A stretch of DNA of 63,766 nucleotides, filler included, from Olpidium bornovanus S191 (GCA_017911155.1; 26 parts of 26 records of this genome joined end to end with filler, not necessarily neighbours in it), one strand, 5' to 3'; positions 46,303 to 58,450 are shown, numbered from the whole stretch's first letter. Program-made: numbers and translations. Notes: generated by a model from the sequence alone, not told the origin.

Positions 46303-47456
46303 TCACCTCATCAGTGCGTCCTCCTCTTCGGGCGTCAACCCCTCGCCGCGAAACACGACGACGTTCTTATCCGTCTCCCTGACCAGGACTTCGGCCAATT
46401 TTTTCCTGTCGGCCGGGGCAAGTTGCTTCCGGATGCTGAGCCATATGAAGAGCGCAAGATTTTCCGTTGTGCTTTATCCCCACCCGTGCGTTAGAAGGCG
46501 ATGCGTTATGGGATAGCGCGCAAACCAACGGTTAGGGAAGCCGTCGGGTAACGATGTCTTTCCTTTCCGGCCTCAAGAGAAGATCCTCTCACCTGGGCCG
46601 CAAGGCAAAAAATCGGATGTCTTTGTCCTGCAGAAAAATAAACGAGCGCAGACCAGCCCGTCAATTATCCGCAACGCTTTAATTCTCCGAGTAACCTCGG
46701 ATTGGGACCCCACCACCTGTACGCACAAGGTTCTTATGGTCGCAAGGGTCTACGACGGCCGATTTCATCAACTGCTTGACGTCCGCAAGATTCATGACCA
46801 TTCCGGTGACGGAGTCTATCTGCCGGCAACGGAACATACACAGCGCGTCAGCCACCGCCCAGGGCAAGGTGCGGCTTCTGTAGCCACTTCCCCTTCCCCA
46901 CGCCGTAGAACCGGGGAGCAAGATTTCACGCACCTCGCCCCTCATCTCAACCTCAACTGCTCGGTCGCAAGGCAGTTACCACGAAGAAGATTTGACGGTG
47001 GGGAGAAAAGGAGAGTGTTAGTTGGCAAGCTTTTTTTGGTTTTTTTGACGGCGGTTCCCGAGGTCTCCCACTCCGGCATTTTGCGCCAAGACTAAACTCC
47101 TCCAGATACCCCGGCTCCAGGCGGTTGCTTTTGCCGTGAATGCGGGTTTCGCCCCGTTTTTCAGGCTGCCGGGCCAAGCGGTTTCCGCAAAGGCGGGCAC
47201 ACCTCCGGCCCGTTCTCGCTTCTTTCCTTCGCTAACTGCCCGTGAGCCGGGGAAGGGGAAAAGGGACGGGACAGACTTCCGGCCCGACGTTGTGCCCTGT
47301 TTTTTTTTTTATACCTTTGTAGTTGTGGCCGTGGCCGTGCGCGGGGTTGCATTTCCCAAACACCCGCTTGTTCTCCTCGTCCGACAACTCCGCGCTGTGC
47401 AGGCGGTGGGCGGCCGAAAAGTGCTCCTCCCTCCGTATCGACCCCGTTGCGGGCAT
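46303..47456 (-). CDS. PTS: 6-pyruvoyl-tetrahydropterin synthase, complete; exons 47456-47315, 46956-46934, 46819-46727, 46627-46593, last exon ending 46303
   Basis: Spliced: [60 protein letters not shown]...[23 protein letters not shown]...[12 protein letters not shown], collinear with animal PTS (Zn ligands and catalytic Cys present). Confidence 0.93.
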
Positions 47457-47495
47457 GCTCGCGGGGCACGTCAAATCTTTTCGGATATCTCCCGA

Positions 47496-47527
<32 letters not shown>

Positions 47528-47944
47528 GTCAGGCAGTTCCTTTCGGTCGGGTGAGTCGGCGAGGGTGCGGGGGAAGAGCCGGGAGCGGCTTGGAAGCGGG
47601 AAGGAGGAGGGGGGGAGGGGAGGAACCGGTGGTTTTTTTTTTTTTTTTTTTTTTTTTTTCCGAGTGAACAAACAGAAAACCTCAACAAAGAGGCGAAACG
47701 ATTCTCCTGTAGGGAAACAACGCAGAGAGCGCAGCACGGCTACTATGGAAACGGTAACGACAGATGCTAACAGCGTGTCATCGGGCTTGTCCTCGAGAGA
47801 CGCACGGCGGCCGGTGGTGAGCGGGGCACCTGGCGAGCGTTTCCCTATTATTGAAAGTTTGCGCCGAGTTGCGTTTCTGACTGGCACTGAAACGCGCCTC
47901 CCTTGGCGCAGGAAGCTCCGACGGTTTGGTAACCACGCCATACG

Positions 47945-48640
47945 TTATAGAGGATATTCAGGGCAGTTGAGTGGGCGACGCCGGGCCTTTCGGCGCGGCG
48001 ATAAAGCCGCGAACCGGGTCAGGGGCTGCACGACAGGCCCTTGGCGCCGCAATTTCGGCGCTTCCGCCTCAATTTTGACTTTCAGGAACGTGCTGGGGTA
48101 GGGCTCGGAATTCCATGAGAACGTTGCGGAGGTTTTAAGCAAGGGTTAAAGATTTTGTCCTCCGGGCTGCCCCGGCTGCAGTACTGTTAGTTGGACGGAC
48201 GGAGGAAAATCTCGATTGAAGTCGGCATTGTCGGAGCGATGTAATCAGACAGCCAGGCCATAAGCTGACAATAAGCCATGATGAGGGCTCGACGCAGACT
48301 ATGGCGACAAAAGGATCGAGCGAGGCGTGCCACGGACGAAGCAAAGGGCAGGCCTCGGGGGCATGGACCAGAGGAGAGCAGACAGTCCGCCGACGCCGAA
48401 CAAGCATCGGAACCACCCGGCGTTGGTTAGCATTCTATGCATGACCGATTGTGGGTGACGATCGCCTGCAGCGAGGCAGACATCTCTTTCTTCGAGTGAT
48501 CGACACAGCGGTTAATGAGGACCCTGGACTCGCCGGTGGCGATGTTCGAGGAAAGCATCCGTAGTATGAAAAGTCGCGTCGTCGACTCGGTGGCGCTGGA
48601 CGCTGGAGGAACGGGAGGAAGCCAACTCGGACCTGAGCGG
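47945..48640 (-). CDS. Possible multi-exon gene of unknown function
   Basis: Protein-like blocks RLFILRMLSSNIATGESRVLINRCVDHSKKEMSASLQ and LRRALIMAYCQLMAWLSDYIAPTMPTSIEIFL beside splice-like sites; model not resolved. Confidence 0.3.
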
Positions 48641-49821
48641 GAGTGGGAAGAAAAAAGCGCGGGGTTGCGCTACGCTGCGAGTCCGGGGTCGGGGGGGGGG
48701 GGGGCGTCGCCCACGACCAAAAAGCGCGCGCAGAAGGGCGAACCCATTTTTTCCCCTTTCGCTCGCGCTCGGCGAAACCTGCGGAGCGGAGACTCGAAAC
48801 CTGCGGAGCGGAAACCGCGAAACCTGCGTCCCAGAGAGTGGCGCGTCGTCGTTGCCCCGGGGGCTTGCCGTTGCTGCCGACGCGCGAAGGAGGAAGGCGT
48901 ATGCGACTGCGGCGCCGAGAGCTTTAAGAATCGTGGAAAGGAGTGACGTCACTGCCACGGCAAAAAGGACAGAATGCCACGTGACACGCGCTGAAGGTTG
49001 GAAGGGGGTACACCGTGAACATAGTAGGCCTTCTGGAGGGCATGTGCACAACGCCGCGGGTTTCTGAGAAGTGGCAGAGCCCAAGAGGGATCCTTGCAGA
49101 GGGGGAAGGTGAGGGCGAATGTGGAAGAAGGACCCTTAGGCCGTAAGCGCGCTCGGCTGAAAGAGGCAGACGGGGAATTGCCAGAACGGCCAGGAGCCAC
49201 TTGCCAGGAGAAAGGTGCCAGTCGCCAGGCGAGGCGGGCAGATGGAGGGGGATGATCGCGCCGGCAGCGGCCAATCGGGGATGGGAAGCAGCGGTTAGAT
49301 GAAAAACGGCCTGTGGGCCTAGCTAGATAGAACTCCCACCGCGAAAGGCATAACCCGGTAACAAACCACAAGTCTCTAGCTTGCCTGGGGGCTGAGGTAG
49401 GCCACTTGCTGTCAGCTGTGAGAAGCTTGGGTTCGCCACAAATTGAAGCTTCAGCAAAAGAAAACCAACTTCCTTCTTCCTGTGCCTATCAGTAGCATCC
49501 ACAGCTTAAGCCTAGAGTTCTTTTGTGGGGCTCGGCGTGGGGCCTCGCCGCGGGGGTTTGGCGGGCGGAGAGGGATTTGCGGCAGAGCGCGAGGCCCGCC
49601 GCCCCCGCGCGCTCGCGTCGCACACCATTCCCCCCCACCTCCTTCCTTCCTTCCGTCCTTCCTTTCCTACTTCCACCCGCCTTCCTGACGCCGGGGCGGA
49701 GGGCCATTCTGCGTTTGAGTATGGTTCGGCGTGGCAGTTTAGGCTTTGGGTCTATCCCCACCCGCCCTGTGGTCCCGCTTCCGTGTATCCCAGGTGCCAG
49801 CCAGCAAAGCGCCGCGCGCCC

Positions 49822-50333
49822 ATGGATTCGCAGGAGCACGCGAGTCAGCACCGGCTGCGCCTCCTTCTCTTGTCGGACGTGCACTTCTGCCTGGACAAAA
49901 TAGAAGCCCTCCGCCGCCGGTTGCAATCCGGGGGGAACGGATGCCGGTCATCGTACGTGAAAAAAGCTCCTCTATCGTGTGCACTTCCTATTTCAGGTCG
50001 CACGTTGCTTTAGACGAACGGATAGAAAACGCCACGCGGGGACCTCGGACTTCTTCCCCAGGTATGACTTTCTCATTGTCAGCGGCGATCTCGTCAACGT
50101 CAGACAGGAGGGCGGAGCGACGGAAAAGGATTATGCCGAGATCCGAGCCGTGTTGGACAGCCTGTGCGAATTGACCGCAGGGGGCGAAACGTTATTCTGG
50201 ATCCCAGGTAGCGTTGGTTTTAAAGTTGCTGCGGTACCCTTTTTCCACGGACGCTGAAGATGCGGTATACATAAGGTAATCACGACCCGGAGGCCGTCTT
50301 CAGGGCATTGCCGGGATACTGTACGGTCCATGC
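49822..50333 (+). CDS. Calcineurin-like metallophosphoesterase, 3' truncated
   Basis: Motifs LLLLSDVH, FLIVSGDLVN and (spliced) FWIPG/NHD, i.e. DxH, GDxx, GNHD. Confidence 0.85.
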
Positions 50334-50433
50334 NNNNNNNNNNNNNNNNNNNNNNNNNNNNNNNNNNNNNNNNNNNNTTAATTAATTAANNNNNNNNNNN
50401 NNNNNNNNNNNNNNNNNNNNNNNNNNNNNNNNN

Positions 50434-51208
50434 CATGGAGACACGCCGAAGACCGCGTGCGTGGGCGCCGCAGCTGGATGGATTCGAAAGGATCATTACG
50501 AGCAGGTTTGCACCGTTGAGGGTAAGTACAATCCCGTTATGAGCAGGTCGTGGCAAAGGCGCAGGAGCGCTGTTAACGGGTCTTATCTTGCAGATGATGT
50601 CTCGCCCGGTCGCAAACCAGTTTGCTCGGCTGTCGCGGAGGCTGGGCTTCCTCTACTGCCACCCATTGCTACTCTCTTCGTCCGGCGCGTCGACGCCGCT
50701 ATCCGCCTCGACCGTTTTGATGTCAACCGCAGAAATGCCTGTCACTGCCGCAGACGGCACAAATGCGTCACCCGGTGGTCCGCGGTCCAAATCTACGTCT
50801 CCCGTCCCGGTATCCCAAAATCGTAACCAACATCAAACGGCAAGCCGCAGGACGTTGGCGGCTTCACAGCGCTGTGCAGCCTCTTCGTCGTTCTCGACGA
50901 GGGCGCCAATTCTTCTGGACGAATTCTTTCCTTTTGACCCCTATAAGCTTCCGTCGACCCGTGGCCTTGTCGAGCCGTTCTACCACACGTGGGCCATGGC
51001 TTCCGTCGGCCTCCCCGCCGGAGAGAGCGACAGCGAAAGCGAAAGCGACAGCGACGGCGCGGATAGTAAGGAGGACGAAGATGACAGGAAAGAAACGGAG
51101 GACAACGAGGATGCGGACATCGATAGGAAGGCAATGAGCGTCAGTCCGGCTTTTGCGATGGGCAAGAGTGTGAGCGACAGCACTCTCAAGTGGAGGTCAG
51201 GAGTGTGA
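50434..51208 (+). CDS. RRN3: RNA polymerase I initiation factor RRN3 (TIF-IA), C-terminal part; exons <50434-50580 region and about 50594-51208
   Basis: FERIITSRFAPLR/MMSRPVANQFARLS...FLYC and LDEFFPFDPYKLP....VEPFYHTW followed by an acidic tail. Confidence 0.85.
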
Positions 51209-52794
51209 TGGTTGGTGCTTAAAAGCATACTTGGGGAGATGTTGTCGTGCATGGAAAGTCGAAAGTTTCTGACGTCATCATTCTTTTTATTACCGGGGAT
51301 AGCTTTTTCGGCCGCGCTTTTGCTCCGGATGTGGTCGCCCGTTAACTTGCCTTCCGGCATGCTTTTCCTCCACCCCCCACGCATATATCCGCGTAGCAAA
51401 TCTGGGACCCTGTTTGTGGCCATCCGTATTCGTCGCGTCTAATATGTTTTTCCCCCAAGCCTGCTTTTTTTCTCCAATCATCCCCGTCTATCCAGTGAAG
51501 CTGAGACGGTATGTTCGCAAAAAAAAAAGTACATAGGTTTATACCCACTCATTGATTGTTTTTGGTCGTCGACAATCATTTCATTTTGTCGCCCTATATA
51601 TCTGGAGTGCGCACAGGGAACGACGGCTGGGAGAAGAGTGGCACTCAATGGCTAAAGGGACGTATAAGCCCGCAGCGTCAAAAGTGCTGCGGCGCCCCAG
51701 TCCCCGAGGTTCGCGCAGGGACGAGCCGGAACACTGCTTCCTCACTGCACTGATAAGGACCTCACTTCGGGTTTCTGCTTGTTTGACGTTGGTTACAAGC
51801 AGTGTCAACGCTGTTCCGAAGGCCACTAACACCTCTGGTCCAGCTACATCCATCCGGGATGAAGAGGGCTCCGCTATTACAGCATTTTTACACAAGAAAC
51901 TGCCTGCGGGATTCTTCGTGTGTGTTGCTCGGGCAGGCAATGTCGCGTTGCACAAATGCGTATCTAACTCGGTCGCTACTACGCGCGTCCCATATGTGTG
52001 TGCGCGTGTGGGTGCGGGCGCGTCTGCGTGTGCATGTGCGTCTGCGAGTGTGCGTGTACGTGCCTGTGTGTGGTGTGGGGGATACGTGCGAGGGGGGGGG
52101 GCCTGAATGTGTGTTTGTATGGTCCATTAAACGGTGACCGTCATAATGGCTAATTGCCCCATTGGCTTGCGCACTGCCGCTGGGGTGGACTTCAGGCAGT
52201 GTTGGGATTTTGCGACGGGGAAAATGGCCGACGAAACCAACGAAAGTGAGACGCGAGGAGACGGTGGGCGAAATATTTATTTACTGTATTTGGGACGGAG
52301 GGGGGGGGGCGAATAATCATTTACTCTACTGTTTGTGTTTATAAAAATAAAAAGAATTGGTATTTTATTATGCTTGTTTTCTTTGTTCCGGGGGTATGCG
52401 ATAATTAGTATTATTTTCATTGTTTTATGAATATGATTTACAGGGCATCATACCTATATTTTGTTTGTTTTGGGGGGTTATGAAAGGGCACGCTAGCCCG
52501 CGGGTGCTGCGCCCGCCAAAAAAGCCTGGGGGCATGGCGATCACGCGTGACCGTCTCGCGCGTTTGACTGTTTTCATCGGCTCAGTTTGGTGCAATGTCA
52601 GGGAGCAGCAGCGTTCCCCAAGGGGCAGACAGGACCCAGACCAGGGAGGCGCTCTTAACACAGATGATGGTCGGGATTGTTTTTTTTTTTTTGGCGCGCA
52701 TGTGGCCGGGGGGGGGGTCGGCGGCGGTTGCCAAGCAGAACTTTAATCAAATACGGAAATCAAAACAAAAAGGTCCTTCCGTATCGATCTCGCG

Positions 52795-52997
52795 GATTTA
52801 ATTTCGGACCCGGCTTGTTCGGCAAGTGAGACCATTTTTCCCTCCCGTGATCACATGTTGTGCCGGCGATGAGCAAAAAAAAAAAAAAAATAAAAAAAGA
52901 TTAAATTTCGGACCCGGCTTGTTCGGCAAATGAGACCATTTTTCCCTCCCGTGACCACATGTTGTGCCGGCGATGAGCAAAAAAAAAAAAAAAAAAA
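52795..52997 (+). repeat. Two tandem copies (period 104 nt) of a 74-nt unit, each followed by an A-tract
   Basis: Cores 52801-52874 and 52905-52978 differ at 2 positions; A-tracts at 52875-52898 and 52979-52997. Confidence 0.88.
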
Positions 52998-53499
52998 GTC
53001 CGAACCACGGCGCATCCAGTTTGATGCAAGCGGACGGAGGGTCGCCAAGACAAGACCCCCTAATGGCATCGTGTGCATAGATAGGCTACGCCGACATCCG
53101 ATTCGCCTCTCCAAACGTCTACTACATCAGCAAACTTTTGAGGCCGAGATTCGAGATACACCTGGCGTGGGGCCCCGTTTGCCAACAACGTCAGTTTGGT
53201 CCTTTTTGGCATGGGTAAACTTATCGAACCAAGCAATAAGGGACCAGGGATGTAAGGAAAATGGGGATCACGGGCCGCTCTATATCTTGTAGCGCGGCAA
53301 AATGGGTCGCCGCGCCCCGGCATCACGACGNNNNNNNNNNNNNNNNNNNNNNNNNNNNNNNNNNNNNNNNNNNNTTAATTAATTAANNNNNNNNNNNNNN
53401 NNNNNNNNNNNNNNNNNNNNNNNNNNNNNNAGTTAAAAATCTTTTACCACTGCCTGCAGATCTCTGGCCGTAAAAAGATGGGAAGATTTGAGGTAAAAA

Positions 53500-53904
53500 A
53501 ACAGAACGCGCGGATGCGTTCTTCGATCTTGCATTTGAAGTGGTTGGCATGCACGTCCGCGCGCCCGAGCGCGCTTTTTGCACGGGAATCACGCGGATAC
53601 TTCGCCGGGGGCAAGGGTTCCAGAACAGCGACGATTTTCTGTTGGCGGCTCGGCCGCGTGTGTACCAGTCGCCCTTTTTGCCCGGGCCGATTTTCCTTGG
53701 CAGAAAAATAAAGAGGGAATCTTTTTTTTTTGTCTTTTACGAAACATTTTAGCTCTCGCCGCTCCCAGCGGACGGGTTGCGGCGAGGCGAGAAGTACGCA
53801 GCGGCAGAACGGCGGGAAGGAAAGCATTTTGCAGATGCAACACGGCGTTGAACGTGCGGTGGGCGAATCAGCTTCGCAGCAGGCTGCGCGGCGACGCGTC
53901 TTAA
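53500..53904 (+). CDS. Possible last two exons of an unidentified gene
   Basis: ERADAFFDLAFEVVGMHVRAPERAFCTGITRILRRGQGFQNSDDFLLAARPR then, after a GT..AG gap, CNTALNVRWANQLRSRLRGDAS*; phase not firmly established. Confidence 0.28.
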
Positions 53905-56408
53905 CGTACCAAATAACAGGGTTTACTATCCGGCGAAAGGGTCGATGTGACCAACCAACAAACCCATCCCTCCCTCCCTCCCAACTCCGCCCCAACCCCA
54001 AAAAGGTTAGCGTTTGTAATGTCCACCGGACTGTACGGTACGGAATCGGCAGATCCGGAGTGGCCTCCGAGAGATGCGGCTGCCGCCACTGTCGTTTGGA
54101 AAGGGCGGGCGGGGGAAGTGGTTTCCGTTTCTGTCGTTCTGCCGTGGTTATCTGGCCTCCTGAAAATGAATTATGTAGATTACAGTAACCTAGAACACAC
54201 CGCACCGAAAACAGCGAGAAGGTCTGCATGTTTTTTTTCCCGCGGCCGGAAACAACGAACTCGGCGCAATAGTACGGGAAAAAAAAATGCGCTTTCGAAC
54301 ACGCCTACGAAGCAAGCGAGCTGAGGACACGGGCATTTGCGTTTCAGTTCACCCTCCTATCTCCTTGGCTCGTCATGCCCAGGCCTCTCTCCTCTGCTCT
54401 CCGAGTTCCGCTTGGACGGGTGGCTAATCCACGGGGTCAGAGGTGCACACTAGCGAGGAGAGCATGCATTGGAGGAAAAGGGCACTTGTTTGCAGAGAGA
54501 TAGTTTGCTGTCATATGCCCTCCGGAGGTCTTCACTGTGAGTGCCCCGGGGGCCATGCAAAAAGCTGCAGGTATATGCCCCTCTAAGCATCACCTGATAT
54601 AATGACCACAAAACGTAAGTTCGGCTCAGAATTCCTGAATGTTCAGGCAGTTGGAAGAAAAAAAAACGTGAGTTTACGAGGGCTCGTGATCGAACATAAG
54701 AAAAAAAAACTTTCCGGAGGTTAGATCAAAACCTAAAGGTGACTCTGGCGTTATCTCCGAAGTAGCAGAGCCCGCTTTAAGTTCAGTGATTACCCCAACC
54801 GGTCGGGCACCGGCATCTTTTACATATACGAAACGCCAGCAAAAAGTGGTCAAAGTTAGGCCGTCCAGCGAAGTGCGGATTTGTAGCTAAACGTCCCGTT
54901 GCTCCCGGAGCTTAAGCACCAAGGCAACATCAAAATCAAAATAGCGAATGCAACTTATGCGCGCCCGGCCTCCAAGGGAGGAAATTCAGTCAAACAGAGA
55001 GGTACACGGCCTTCCGCCAGGTTTGATCGCCGCGTTGACCAGGCAAGTCTTCTTTCCCGGCGGCGGAAAGGATAATGTAGAGCCGCCCCCGACGGGGAGA
55101 CGCACTGGAGGAGGGATCATTTTATATGATCCCTGTACTGGCCGGGCAAGCTCCCCTGTCGAATTTGCTAGCCATGACCGTCATGCAGCGGTCGACGTCC
55201 GGCATGCCGCGGTTCATAACTGTTAACTCATGAAGTACTGTTTGAAAGGTTACCGTTTGTTCTCCGCGGTCGACGTCCTCGCCTCGAGGCCTGGGGGCCG
55301 GTTCCGGAGGCGTGATTGGCGAGAATTCTCCATTTGGGAGCGAAATCCATTCTGTTTGACTGCGTGAATCTCGCTTTGACAGCGTGACCCCGCGTGGCCC
55401 CACCGCTCGTCAGCTGTTCGATTCGTCGGCGGACGTGTTTTGGAAAAAACGTTTTGAGTTGTTTTGAAGAGTACAGCAAGAGCCGTCATTTCTTGCATTT
55501 CGTAATGCATTTGCACTAACGGATGCCGTTTACTTCCCTTCCACCAGGTCCTGTTCGCCTATGGCCTCAGCAGAATTGAGAAACGGCATGNNNNNNNNNN
55601 NNNNNNNNNNNNNNNNNNNNNNNNNNNNNNNNNNTTAATTAATTAANNNNNNNNNNNNNNNNNNNNNNNNNNNNNNNNNNNNNNNNNNNNCATGCTCTGG
55701 TTGACATTCTCACACTTCTCGCCGAAAACGTTTAGTTTCGACTACACAGGGCGGAGGGGCGGGGCGGAAACAGGGAGAGGTGTGTACCCAGTCACGGCCA
55801 AAAAAGAAAAATGTTATTTACTGTACGTATCGTATAACGTCACAACCCACACCTCCACTTTATTTCGCCCCACCGACCATAAGATGTGCGAAACTTTGTG
55901 CGTCACCCCACTTCGGCGGGAAGTCAGAACCGGGTTTGTAAAGGCCCATCGGCGGCGACACGCTCCGTCACTAACCCTCCCACTTTACCGTCCCCTGGCG
56001 CCACCGGGTCGCGGCGTTCGTAACCAAGAGACCAGCGGGACGGGCAAAACGCCTACGGTAAACCCCAGCGGGCATTTTGACGCTCGTGGCAACGAGAATA
56101 AACCAAGGAGCCAAAGGAGACTAACAAGGGAAATCCACGAAGGGCGGCTGCTCCACAAGACGCGAGCGCGGAGTTATTGTTTTCCGGTTGCTGTGTGTAA
56201 AATGATATGCGTTTCTGAGGGGTGCGGGGTGGAGTGGGGCGGAGGGGGTGGTGTAATGAAACCGATTGTGCGGCCAACCAAAAAATCGCCGAGCGGGTTA
56301 AAAGGACGGCGGAGCAGGGAGGAGCCCGTCCCGCAGACGCGGCGTTCCCGTAGCCACCTCCCCCCCTCGAAAAACGACACCCCTCCTCCCTCCCCAAGCC
56401 TCCCGGGC

Positions 56409-57200
56409 TCAACACTTGTTCTTCTTCTTCTTCTTCTTCGTCTTCTTCGATTTGGAGCTCCCCGACGAGCCGGAATCTTTGTCATTATCGTCCTTGCCCT
56501 TCTTCGTCTTGCCGAAAGCGGACTGGGAGATCGGGGTTCCGGACTTTGAGACGGCGCCGGACGCGGAGATGGTGATCTTGCCGTCGTGGTCGAAGATTTC
56601 GTGGAGGTCGGGGTCGCCGGATTTCGGGAACTCGGGGACGGTCGGATACCCCGGCAGGTTGGCGATAGTGAGGGCGGGACCGGTGAACGAGCCTTTCGCC
56701 GAGGACTCGATCTTGACGTCGGCGCAATTCATGTAGTACTCGCGGTTCCCGACGGCGTTGATCCACGTCCAGGCGAAGACGCAGCTCGCGCAGGGAGGCA
56801 GGTCGGCCGGCACCTGCACGCTCGGGGTGAGGCCCCCGCCTTCCGGGCGCATGCAGTCGTGCACGATGGTCTTGAGCACGACGAAGTTCTTCTCGCCGTC
56901 GTAGCTCACCGAAAACTGGCAGTGGCCGCCGCTGTGCGGCGCGGTGCCGTAGAGCTCGACGGGCAGCGTCGAGCCCGCCTTGATTGTGGCGACGATGCCC
57001 TTGGACTTGTACTTCTTGCAGGGGAAGTTGGACCCGTCCGCTTCCAGCGGAGCGTTGTTGTCGTAGTCGATCGTCTTGTAGTTGTCGTAAGGGCTCCACT
57101 TAGAGAGCCGCGACGGCGGGTTCTTCATCTCCATGTGACCGGCCGCCGTCGAGGCCAGCGCGACCCCGGCCGCGGCCAGGCTCGCGAATCTCGCGCGCAT
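56409..57200 (-). CDS. Secreted copper lytic polysaccharide monooxygenase, AA11-like (chitin-active family), intronless, 263 aa, with Lys-rich tail
   Basis: 21-aa signal peptide then N-terminal His (HMEMKNPP), APHSGGHCQFSVSYD, FAWTWINAVGNREYYMNCADV: histidine brace and axial Tyr motifs typical of AA11. Confidence 0.88.
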   Translation of the reverse strand: MRARFASLAAAGVALASTAAGHMEMKNPPSRLSKWSPYDNYKTIDYDNNAPLEADGSNFPCKKYKSKGIVATIKAGSTLPVELYGTAPHSGGHCQFSVSYDGEKNFVVLKTIVHDCMRPEGGGLTPSVQVPADLPPCASCVFAWTWINAVGNREYYMNCADVKIESSAKGSFTGPALTIANLPGYPTVPEFPKSGDPDLHEIFDHDGKITISASGAVSKSGTPISQSAFGKTKKGKDDNDKDSGSSGSSKSKKTKKKKKKNKC

Positions 57201-57628
57201 CGGGACTCCCTTCAGAAACGCCCGCTCTTTATTGTTTGCCCCCGCCCTTTCCCGCTTCCGTTTGCAGGATGTCTCTCGCTGAAGCAGTGGCCGGATTTTT
57301 GAGATCTTTTTTACTTCGGGCTGTTCGGCGTTGTCGAGCAACCTTTTTCAAAGGATCGGCGGGGTTCGAGAGAGCATCCTCGCCAGGAGGATCGGGGCCG
57401 CCGAGGCCTTTCGGCGGCCGACGGATGGATCCGCTGCGTGTGGCTCCGCTCACTTTTTCTTTTTTTCATTTTTTTTTTTTCCCTTTCTGCGGAACTGCCT
57501 TTGTCTTCGCACTCCCGCCGGAACATAATGGCGCTGTGCGGGCGACGAAGGTGCGAAAGTTTGGCCGGGATCGTGAAAGCATCCACGGACAAGACGGATT
57601 CGGGGGGCGTGGGATCCCGCCCTCCGTT

Positions 57629-57671
<43 letters not shown>

Positions 57672-57994
57672 TTTTTTCCCCCCCCCTTTTTCCCCCCCCC
57701 CGCCCCCCCCCCCCCCCGGCCNNNNNNNNNNNNNNNNNNNNNNNNNNNNNNNNNNNNNNNNNNNNTTAATTAATTAANNNNNNNNNNNNNNNNNNNNNNN
57801 NNNNNNNNNNNNNNNNNNNNNAAAAACTTTTCGGTCAACGCGTGCGCACTTCCCTTCAAATGATTTTGAGGGAGCCCTTGAAGGAGACCTGGTGAGCGCG
57901 GGGGTAGTGGTGTTAGTGTGGGCAGAACAACCAAAAAACATGGCCAGCGACGCGCACAACCCCGCCTTCCTATGTACGCACGCCCAAGCTGCAA

Positions 57995-58190
57995 CCGGTC
58001 TGCATGAACTATGTTACCATGCTCCCCCTTTTTCCGGTCTGCATGAACTATGTTACCATGCTCCCCTTTTTTTCCGGTCTGCATGAACTATGTTACCATG
58101 CTCCCGCTTATTTTTCCGGGCAGCATGTACCATGTTACCATCCCCCCTCCGGCCTACATGTAACTTGTCACCGTGCATCCGGCCTCGCCC
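57995..58190. repeat. Minisatellite, about 39-nt unit CCGGTCTGCATGAACTATGTTACCATGCTCCCC(T)n, 3 near-perfect and 2 degenerate copies
   Basis: Direct reading of head-to-tail units with no unique spacers. Confidence 0.88.
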
Positions 58191-58389
58191 AACGACATCA
58201 ATCCACCCCACAGCCAAAAACGGTACGCTCCGAGTTGAACGGAAAACAGAAAACCACCCAACCCCCACAACATTCCTTATTCTTTTGCGGAGTGGTTGCG
58301 AGTCACCCGGTCCAGGCAAGGCGGACGCGTCGCAGCTGGAGTAAAGTCGAGAGTTCGGGGGGGCGGGCGGGGGGGACGGCGGTGGAGAC

Positions 58390-58450
58390 GGGAGTGTGGA
58401 CGAAAGGCGTGGGAGTGTGGACGAAAGGTGTGGGAGTGTGGACGAAAAGG
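58390..58450. repeat. 21-nt tandem repeat GGGAGTGTGGACGAAAGG(C/T)GT, about 3 copies
   Basis: Direct reading. Confidence 0.85.

Noticed and set aside
49329-49521. Possible structured ncRNA closed by AGAACTC/GAGTTCT
   Set aside because: A 7-bp stem over about 190 nt is near chance level, and no C/D, H/ACA or snRNA boxes were convincingly placed.
55112-55134. GGGATCATTT resembling U3 snoRNA box A, within a 9-bp hairpin AGGGATCAT-tttat-ATGATCCCT
   Set aside because: No U3 5' end, box B, C or D recognisable; an isolated short hairpin is not enough.
57995-58190. CRISPR-like array (also considered for 52795-52997 and 61848-62012)
   Set aside because: No unique spacers, no cas genes, eukaryotic context.
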